From Opitutales bacterium (GTDB taxonomy: Bacteria; Verrucomicrobiota; Verrucomicrobiia; Opitutales; PNEW01): a stretch of 32,000 nucleotides of DNA. The translations under genes and the position numbers were made by a program. The notes beneath the pieces are model-generated. The model saw only the letters and a list, made by a program, of their open reading frames with translations. It searched no databases and was not told the DNA's origin. Positions 25,467 to 32,000 of the stretch are shown piece by piece; position 1 is the first letter of the stretch, and each line of letters opens with the position of its first letter. Location: assembly GCA_965219535.1 (NCBI GenBank), contig CBDCNV010000002.1, positions 2,130,001 to 2,162,000 of the forward strand. Direction: 5' to 3'.

Positions 25467-26726
25467 ATGGATGGAAAACACCGATATGATGTTCTTATCA
25501 TAGGGGGTGGTCCCGCTGGATCGACCGCGGCGGCAATACTTGCGGAGAAAGGACATAAAGTTCTCATTCTTGAAAAAGAGAAATTTCCGCGCTATCACAT
25601 CGGTGAGTCTCTTATGCCCTTTTGCTATTTCACTCTTGAGCGGCTAGGTGTCGTCAATGAATTGAGAAAATCAGCTTATCCAAAAAAATACAGTGTTCAA
25701 TTTATTCGTGAGACCGGTGAAGTTTCGCAACCGTTTTACTTTTTTCAACATTTCGATCATGAAGCTTCAACCACTTGGCAGGTTCCGCGTTCCGAATTTG
25801 ACTTAATGCTGCTCAATAACGCGCGTGACCGGGGAGCGGAAGTCCGCGAGCAGACAACGGTGAAGCGATTGATTAAAGAAGAGGGGGTTGTGGTTGGGGT
25901 AGAGGCAGTGACCGACAGTGGTGAACAATTGGACTTAAAAGCACCAGTAACTATCGATGCCTCCGGACGTGATTGTGTATGTGCGGCCAAAGAAGGATGG
26001 CGTGTTCGCGATCCGGAGCTGAATAAAATATCGATTTGGACCTATTACAGTGGAGCAAAGCGTGATCCGGGCCTTGATGCCGGTGCAACGACGATTGCAT
26101 ATATCGCAGAGAAGGGTTGGTTCTGGTATATCCCACTGCCAGATGATAGGGTGAGTGTGGGAGTCGTTGCGGATCAAAAATACCTCTATAACGAATCCCG
26201 AGATCGAAAGACGATATTTGAACGTGAGATTAAGTGTAACCCCTGGATAAAAGACCACCTCGATGGCGGTAATCAATTCGGGGCGTACTACGTAACCGGA
26301 GAATACTCTTATCGATCACGCTATTGTGCTGCAGATGGCCTCGTCCTTGTAGGCGATGCCTTTGCTTTTCTAGATCCGGTTTTTTCTTCGGGCGTGTTTC
26401 TCGCTCTCTGGAGCGGCGAGAAAGCGGCAGATGCGGTTGATAACGCTTTGACTGAGGGAGATTGTACGAGCGCACGCTTTGCTGATTATGGTGAAGAACT
26501 CTGTCACGGTATTGAAGCTATGCGAAAACTTGTTTATGCCTTTTATGATTTGAATTTCAGCTTTGGAAAGCTTCTTCATAAAAATCCTCACCTGCGAGGA
26601 AAACTTACCGATGGTTTGATCGGTGATCTCTTCAAAAAAGACTTTGATGAGCTGTTCTCCGCCATCGGTCAATCGGCAACCCTTCCCGAACCGCTCAGTT
26701 ATGGCCGCCCAACACTTAATAAATGA
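25467..26726 (+). CDS. FAD-dependent halogenase-like oxidoreductase (flavin-dependent halogenase / geranylgeranyl-reductase superfamily)
   Basis: YDVLIIGGGPAGS (GxGxxG), KFPRYHIGESL, GWFWYIPL (WxWxIP) and FAFLDPVFSSG (Fx.Px.Sx.G). The start is set at the ATG at 25467, with GAGGAG 15 nt upstream; the longer ORF from 25422 overlaps the upstream gene. Confidence 0.65.
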   Translation: MDGKHRYDVLIIGGGPAGSTAAAILAEKGHKVLILEKEKFPRYHIGESLMPFCYFTLERLGVVNELRKSAYPKKYSVQFIRETGEVSQPFYFFQHFDHEASTTWQVPRSEFDLMLLNNARDRGAEVREQTTVKRLIKEEGVVVGVEAVTDSGEQLDLKAPVTIDASGRDCVCAAKEGWRVRDPELNKISIWTYYSGAKRDPGLDAGATTIAYIAEKGWFWYIPLPDDRVSVGVVADQKYLYNESRDRKTIFEREIKCNPWIKDHLDGGNQFGAYYVTGEYSYRSRYCAADGLVLVGDAFAFLDPVFSSGVFLALWSGEKAADAVDNALTEGDCTSARFADYGEELCHGIEAMRKLVYAFYDLNFSFGKLLHKNPHLRGKLTDGLIGDLFKKDFDELFSAIGQSATLPEPLSYGRPTLNK

Positions 26727-28021
26727 ATATTTTATTTATAACACCGGGGACAGGAAGTTATTATTGTGGTGTTTGCATGCGAGATAACGCGTTGGTCACG
26801 GCACTGCGTCAACTGGGTCACAATGCTAAAATGCTGCCGATTTATTTACCGATTGTGACTGACGAACAATCAGTGAGTGATGAAATGCCTATTTTTTTTG
26901 GGGGTATAAATGTGTATCTACAGCAAAAACTCTCTTTTTTCCGGCATACACCGACCTGGATGGACAATATCTTTAATAACCGGAGTCTACTTCGATTAGC
27001 CAGTCACCGCAGCAGTATGACTGAGGGTGCTGAATTGGGCTCTATGACTGTATCCATGCTGGAAGGTGAAACTGGATTGCAAGCTAAAGAGATAACGAAA
27101 CTTGTAAATTGGCTCTGCAATGAGGAGCCACCGGATATTATTTGTCTCTCAACTGCACTGCAAGTTGGGATGGCGCGTCGCATTAAAGAGGCAATGCATG
27201 TCCCCGTCGTCTGCTTTTTCCAGGGAGAGGATAGTTTTCTCGATGCGCTCGATAATCCCTATAGTGACAAGGCCTGGATGACGCTTCGCGAACGGGTTGT
27301 GGATATTGATGTCTTCATCGCGCCGAGCGCTTATTTCGCAAACCTAATGAAGCAGCGGCTCCAATTGGATGAGAATAAAATGCGGGTTATTCCTAACGGG
27401 ATTAATCTGGAGGGATACTCGCCGTCTTCGAAAATCCCCAATCCGCCGGTGATTGGGTTTTTATCGCGAATGATGGAAAATAAGGGAATGGATTTACTTG
27501 TTAACGCCTTTATTTTATTAAAAAGACGTGAGACTGCCAGGCAATATAAATTAAGTATTGCCGGGGTGGTGACAGCGAAAGATAAACAATTTATCGAAGA
27601 ACAAAAAGCTAAATTAAAAAGCGCTGGATTAAGTTCGGAGGTGGAATTCCTTCCCAATCTCAATCGAGAGGATAAATTAGAATTTCTAAAAAAGCTCTCT
27701 CTCTTTTCTGTTCCAGCCAGGTATGGAGAAGCTTTTGGGCTCTATTTATTAGAAGCAATGGCTGCAGGTGTTCCCGTGGTTCAACCCCGTCATGCGGCTT
27801 TTCCAGAACTAATCGAAGCTACGAGTGGGGGTAGACTTTGCGAACCGAATGATCCTCAATCTTTGGCTGACAGTTGGGAGGACATTTTGGCGAATCCTGA
27901 AGAGGCTCGTTCGATCGGGCTGCGCGGTCGTCAATCGGTGATTGAAAAATTTTCAATTCACGACATGGCTAAAACAATCGAACTGACTTGTCGGAAATTA
28001 GTGCAATCAATTGAGAGTTGA
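26723..28021 (+). CDS. Glycosyltransferase family 4 (GT-B fold)
   Basis: It has the E-x7-E motif region GEAFGLYLLEAMAAGVPVV and an N-terminal MNILFITPGTGSYYCG... The ATGA overlap with the upstream gene suggests translational coupling. Confidence 0.8.
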   Translation: MNILFITPGTGSYYCGVCMRDNALVTALRQLGHNAKMLPIYLPIVTDEQSVSDEMPIFFGGINVYLQQKLSFFRHTPTWMDNIFNNRSLLRLASHRSSMTEGAELGSMTVSMLEGETGLQAKEITKLVNWLCNEEPPDIICLSTALQVGMARRIKEAMHVPVVCFFQGEDSFLDALDNPYSDKAWMTLRERVVDIDVFIAPSAYFANLMKQRLQLDENKMRVIPNGINLEGYSPSSKIPNPPVIGFLSRMMENKGMDLLVNAFILLKRRETARQYKLSIAGVVTAKDKQFIEEQKAKLKSAGLSSEVEFLPNLNREDKLEFLKKLSLFSVPARYGEAFGLYLLEAMAAGVPVVQPRHAAFPELIEATSGGRLCEPNDPQSLADSWEDILANPEEARSIGLRGRQSVIEKFSIHDMAKTIELTCRKLVQSIES

Positions 28022-28039
28022 TGTAATAGATTAATAATA

Positions 28040-28495
28040 ATGGCACACGAATTTAAATTAACAAGAATTGTAGAGTTTGCCGAGACAGACATGGCAGGCA
28101 TTATGCACTTTTCAAACTTCTTTCGTTTGATGGAGGAAACCGAGCACGTGTTCTTTCGTTCACTCGGAATCTCTGTGCACCAGGAAATAGGTAATCAGCT
28201 AATCGGATGGCCGCGTGTGAACGCCACCTGCGAATATTCACATCCGTTAAAGTTCGAAGATAAAGTGGAAATTCATCTCCTGGTTAAGGAAATCCGAGAA
28301 AAATCGATAACTTATCAATACCAGTTCCGAAATATTGACGGTGATGACACGTTTGCTGTTGCGCGGGGAGAGATCACGACGATCTGTGTCCAATTAAATG
28401 TGAAAAATGGTGATATGGAATCGATTGCGATTCCTTCTCAGATACTCGATAAGATTGATTCCGCACCTCCTGAAATGCTAAAGGTGCAAGACTGA
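28040..28495 (+). CDS. Acyl-CoA thioesterase, 4-hydroxybenzoyl-CoA thioesterase / YbgC (hotdog) family
   Basis: RIVEFAETDMAGIMHFSNFFRLMEETEHVFFRSLG carries the catalytic-Asp motif typical of 4HBT class I / YbgC. The 151-aa size fits. Confidence 0.75.
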   Translation: MAHEFKLTRIVEFAETDMAGIMHFSNFFRLMEETEHVFFRSLGISVHQEIGNQLIGWPRVNATCEYSHPLKFEDKVEIHLLVKEIREKSITYQYQFRNIDGDDTFAVARGEITTICVQLNVKNGDMESIAIPSQILDKIDSAPPEMLKVQD

Positions 28496-28551
28496 ACAAT
28501 CAGTATTTTTCAGTTAATAGTATGAAACACAAAAAAGGAGCTAAACCGAAT

Positions 28552-29064
28552 ATGAATTGGTTATTTTTTGCATTAATGACTGTCCTCTTTTGGGGGGTAT
28601 ACGGAGTTTTTTTACACTCCGGTCAAATGGGTATGGCAGATCCTGAAAACGGGCGTTACAAAGCGTTTTTGTTTGTCGGGATAGCGTATTTCTTTACCGC
28701 AATCGTGGCCCCGTTGATATTATTGATGATTCATGGTGCCTCATGGTCTTTTCCCGGTAAGGGAGTATTCTGGTCATTGATAGCAGGGGTAACAGGTGCA
28801 GTTGGCGCTTTTGGCGTCCTTCTCGCTTTTGGAGCAAAAGGTTCACCGAGTGTTGTCATGGCTATTGTTTTTGCGGGGGCGCCCATTGTGAATGCACTCG
28901 TAGCATTGCTCTGGCACCCACCGGCGGGTGGATGGGGAGTCATCCGTTGGCCTTTTTACCTTGGTATTTTACTGGCTGCATTGGGTGGTTGCCTCGTGAC
29001 TTTATATAAACCCGCACCGACCGTGCATGTGAACAGGGGTGTTGTTGAGCAAGGGCATAAGTGA
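28552..29064 (+). CDS. Small integral membrane protein (about 5 TM, single EamA/DMT-like domain?)
   Basis: Hydrophobic throughout (NWLFFALMTVLFWGVYGVFL..., GILLAALGGCLVTLY). AAGGAG at 28535-28540 favours the ATG at 28552 over 28522. The family assignment is tentative. Confidence 0.5.
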   Translation: MNWLFFALMTVLFWGVYGVFLHSGQMGMADPENGRYKAFLFVGIAYFFTAIVAPLILLMIHGASWSFPGKGVFWSLIAGVTGAVGAFGVLLAFGAKGSPSVVMAIVFAGAPIVNALVALLWHPPAGGWGVIRWPFYLGILLAALGGCLVTLYKPAPTVHVNRGVVEQGHK

Positions 29065-30317
29065 TCGTAGAGGATAGTCAACTTAAGCAGCTCCAGACGT
29101 TGCTAAAGGGGTTGGTCCCCACAAACAGTTTTTATTCTCAACGCCTGCGTGAGGCTGGTATTGATGAGTCGATTGGCAGCCTCGAAGTATTTACTAAAAA
29201 TCTACCTTTTACTTTTAAGTCAGAATTAATAGATGACCAGGCGGAGCATTCCCCCTATGGATCCAATCTTACGTTTCCCCTCAATCAATACACCCGGTTT
29301 AACCAAACGAGCGCGACAAAGGGGAGGCCGATGATTTGGCTGGATACTCCGGAGAGTTGGGAATGGATGTTAGATAATTGGGCAGTAGTCTATGAGAATG
29401 CCGGTGTTATACCGGGAGATAAATTATATTTTGCTTTTTCATTTGGGCCTTTTTTAGGATTTTGGACCGCATTTGAATCGGCTACCCGGCTCGGCTGCTT
29501 ATGTATTCCAGGAGGGGGACTGAGCAGTGTCGCAAGGTTAAGGGCGATTATTCAACATAAGGTAAAGTTTCTCTGTTGTACTCCCACCTATGCTTTGTAT
29601 CTGGCGGAAGTAGCGTCAGAGGAGAATATAGATCTCAATACGTCAGCAGTTGAAACGATCATCGTTGCGGGGGAACCGGGCGGCAGTTTGTCTCATGTTC
29701 GCAATCGAATCACTGAATTATGGAATGGCGCACAATTGTTTGATCATTACGGGATGACCGAGGTCGGACCTGTTGCCTATCAGGATCCCAACGAGAAGGA
29801 TATTATGCGCATCATAGAAAGCAGTTATTTTGCCGAAGTTGTAAATTCTCAATCCGGTGAACCTGTACGTTCGGGGGAAGTAGGGGAACTTGTCTTGACT
29901 ACCTTGGGGCGATCGGGATCGCCATTATTGCGTTATCGAACGGGTGATTTAGTTAAACCGATAGAAATTGGTGAAAATACAAATGTTAGAATGGGATTAG
30001 AGAAAGGAATCCTCGGGAGGTCAGATGATATGATAGTGGTGCGAGGGGTAAACCTATACCCCAGTGCCGTGGATGATGTTGTCAGATCTTGTCAAGGAAT
30101 TGCTGAGTACCGCGTGCGCGTCAACAATCTTCAATCTCTGATCGAGGTATCCATCGAAATAGAAGTGAAGAATGAAATTTCTAATGAAGATATAGCGCAC
30201 AAATTAGAGAGTGCGTTGAATTCTGTTTTTTCCCTGCGCATTCCGGTATCAATTATGGAGCGCGGTTCGCTTCCCAGATTTGAGATGAAGGCAAAGCGCT
30301 GGCACACCTCGGATTAG
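29061..30317 (+). CDS. Phenylacetate-CoA ligase (PaaK) / coenzyme F390 synthetase family adenylating enzyme
   Basis: FNQTSATKGRP (degenerate P-loop), DHYGMTEVG, GELVLTTLGRSGSPLLRYRTGDL and GRSDDMIVVRGVNLYP are all PaaK-family hallmarks. It has a GTG start in a GTGA overlap with the upstream stop. Confidence 0.8.
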   Translation: MIVEDSQLKQLQTLLKGLVPTNSFYSQRLREAGIDESIGSLEVFTKNLPFTFKSELIDDQAEHSPYGSNLTFPLNQYTRFNQTSATKGRPMIWLDTPESWEWMLDNWAVVYENAGVIPGDKLYFAFSFGPFLGFWTAFESATRLGCLCIPGGGLSSVARLRAIIQHKVKFLCCTPTYALYLAEVASEENIDLNTSAVETIIVAGEPGGSLSHVRNRITELWNGAQLFDHYGMTEVGPVAYQDPNEKDIMRIIESSYFAEVVNSQSGEPVRSGEVGELVLTTLGRSGSPLLRYRTGDLVKPIEIGENTNVRMGLEKGILGRSDDMIVVRGVNLYPSAVDDVVRSCQGIAEYRVRVNNLQSLIEVSIEIEVKNEISNEDIAHKLESALNSVFSLRIPVSIMERGSLPRFEMKAKRWHTSD

Positions 30318-30338
30318 AATAAAAGAGGATCATAAATA

Positions 30339-31034
30339 ATGCTGCTGGAGTTAAAAAAGGTTGATAAAAGTTATCCTGCACCAGAAGGAGACGACCGCAT
30401 CGAAGTATTGAAAGGTGTTAATCTGACCGTAGAAGCTGGTGAAGGTATCGCCATAGTCGGACCATCAGGATCCGGGAAGAGCACTTTATTAAATATTATA
30501 GGCGGATTAGATCGGCAGACCGCCGGAAAAATACTGATCGATGACCAGGATATTTTAGGTTTCGACGAAAAGGAATTAGCCTCTTTTCGCAATACAACGG
30601 TGGGATTTGTTTTTCAATTACACCACTTATTACCGCAATGCAGTATCCTGGAAAACGTTTTAATTCCTTCGATTGTAAATAAAGATTCCAGCAAACGGGC
30701 GGAAGTGAAACAGCGCGCGGAACATTTGCTTGAAACGGTAAACTTGCAGCATCGTTTGACTCATCGTCCAGGTGAGATTTCGGGCGGTGAGCGCCAGCGC
30801 GCAGCGGTTGCGCGCGCGCTGATTAATAAACCTAAATTAATTCTCGCTGATGAGCCTACCGGTTCTCTTGACCGGGATTCATCAGACGGCATGGCAGAAC
30901 TTCTTGCGGATATAAACCAACGTTTAGGAGTGACCTTAATTGTCGTTACCCATGCATCTGAGGTGGCTGCGCGCATGAAACGCGTTTTTACTTTGCAGGA
31001 TGGTGAATTAAATTTGCAAAAGAAATCCCCATGA
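30339..31034 (+). CDS. ABC transporter ATP-binding protein, LolD/MacB-type
   Basis: Walker A GPSGSGKST, signature ISGGERQR and Walker B LILADEPTGSLD. AAGAGGA lies 9 nt upstream of the ATG. Confidence 0.9.
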   Translation: MLLELKKVDKSYPAPEGDDRIEVLKGVNLTVEAGEGIAIVGPSGSGKSTLLNIIGGLDRQTAGKILIDDQDILGFDEKELASFRNTTVGFVFQLHHLLPQCSILENVLIPSIVNKDSSKRAEVKQRAEHLLETVNLQHRLTHRPGEISGGERQRAAVARALINKPKLILADEPTGSLDRDSSDGMAELLADINQRLGVTLIVVTHASEVAARMKRVFTLQDGELNLQKKSP

Positions 31035-32000
31035 CGGCATGGAAGATTGTTTGGCGTAGTTTGCGCTACTATTGGCGTACACACCTCGGTGTAGTGTTGG
31101 GTACTGCGATTGGCGCGATGGTGCTCATCGGCGCATTGCTGATTGGAGACTCCGTGAAATACACGCTTAAGGAACTTGCTCTGCTACGTATCGGTAAGAT
31201 CGATGTGTCACTCTATTCACCGGAACACTTTTTTCGCGAAGCATTGGCAGAAGACCTCAAGCGGGAAGAGAAGGGTGAGCTTGCGATTGCACCTGTAATT
31301 TTACTGCGGGGAAATGTCGTTACTCCTGACCGATCTCATCGTGCTAACAATGTGCAAGTACTCGGGGTAGATGATCAGTATTGGCCGCTTTCATTTTCTG
31401 GTAGCACAAAAGAAGATCTACAAGCGAATAAAATGTACATTAATGAAAGTCTGGCTAATAAACTGGGTGTAAGCTCTGGAGAGACTTTAGTCCTTCGTAT
31501 CGAAAAACCGGGATTTCTTTCACGCGATGCTCCTTTGTCAGGTAGCCATGATGATGCCGTTGCCATACGCGGTGTGGTGAAATCAGTTCTTACTGATAAT
31601 GATCATGGACGTTTCGGTCTGCAAGCCACCCAGATCCCGTCAAATAATATCTATTTACCGCTTGCATTGATTCAAGAACGCCTGGAATTAAAAGATAAAG
31701 TAAACCTGTTGTTAGTGGGGAGTGAGGGTAGTCATCCTGTCACCGCAGAGCGCGCAAATGCGCTGCTTCAAAAGGAATGGCAGCTGGAGGATTTGGGTTT
31801 AAGTATAAAAACTCTAACTCCAGATAATGTTTGGGAGCTTCGTTCACAAAGCGTTTTTATCAATCCTTATATTGCCGATTATGCAAAATCCATACTTCCC
31901 AGTTCCTCGGGTGTTTTGACTTACTTTGTAAATGGAATACGTGCAGGAGAGAGAGAGACTCCTTATTCTATAGTCTCTGCCATAAATCCATCCGTGCACG
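31031..32000 (+). CDS. ABC transporter permease, FtsX/MacB-like, large form; 3' end runs off the window
   Basis: This gene is not in the supplied ORF track because it has no stop in the window. My manual translation from the ATG at 31031 (ATGA overlap) is open to base 32000: MTAWKIVWRSLRYYWRTHLGVVLGTAIGAMVLIGALLIGDSV..., TM1 followed by a long periplasmic-type domain, as in MacB/LolC-like permeases. Confidence 0.7.
   Translation, partial: MTAWKIVWRSLRYYWRTHLGVVLGTAIGAMVLIGALLIGDSVKYTLKELALLRIGKIDVSLYSPEHFFREALAEDLKREEKGELAIAPVILLRGNVVTPDRSHRANNVQVLGVDDQYWPLSFSGSTKEDLQANKMYINESLANKLGVSSGETLVLRIEKPGFLSRDAPLSGSHDDAVAIRGVVKSVLTDNDHGRFGLQATQIPSNNIYLPLALIQERLELKDKVNLLLVGSEGSHPVTAERANALLQKEWQLEDLGLSIKTLTPDNVWELRSQSVFINPYIADYAKSILPSSSGVLTYFVNGIRAGERETPYSIVSAINPSVH

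Noticed and set aside
25757-26672. Minus-strand ORFs antisense to the halogenase-like gene (25757..25990, 25935..26276, 25951..26136, 26230..26475, 26370..26672)
   Set aside because: They overlap one another and a well-supported plus-strand CDS, and they have no recognisable domains.

Overview
The window has about 26 protein-coding genes and one disrupted gene. I found no rRNA, tRNA, CRISPR array, transposase or integrase. Gene content points to a PVC-superphylum genome, probably Verrucomicrobiota or Lentisphaerota. This placement is an inference from a giant autotransporter-associated beta-strand-repeat protein with a PEP-CTERM anchor and four secreted PQQ-like beta-propeller paralogs. Left to right: a 5'-truncated HAL2/SAL1-type bisphosphate nucleotidase; a PAS hybrid histidine kinase; a repeat-rich 575-bp intergenic region; the 1143-aa PEP-CTERM adhesin-like gene (minus strand); a small membrane ORF; an S51 peptidase-E-like gene broken by one in-frame TAG; ovoA (ovothiol synthase); and orn. 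A 5-gene operon follows (11.3-18.2 kb), with three secreted beta-propellers translationally coupled to a DUF3311 protein and a sodium:solute symporter. The most interesting part is a tightly packed 13-gene same-strand operon from 18.55 kb to past the window end. It encodes a truncated LuxE/PaaK-like adenylating enzyme, a LuxC-like ALDH-fold reductase, an Fe-alcohol dehydrogenase, a fourth secreted propeller, a HemN-like radical SAM enzyme, a UbiC-like chorismate lyase, a flavin-dependent-halogenase-like enzyme, a GT4 glycosyltransferase, a 4HBT-fold thioesterase, a small membrane protein, a PaaK-type ligase and a LolD/MacB-like ABC ATPase with a large FtsX permease. No ACP, ketosynthase or NRPS module lies within the window. 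I read it as an uncharacterised carrier-protein-independent pathway that builds, reduces, decorates and exports a possibly halogenated hydroxybenzoate-derived or acyl metabolite. A short dispersed intergenic repeat (AACGCGGYAGGG...TTCCACC) recurs downstream of three plus-strand genes. All functional calls rest on motifs read by eye; no database search was run.
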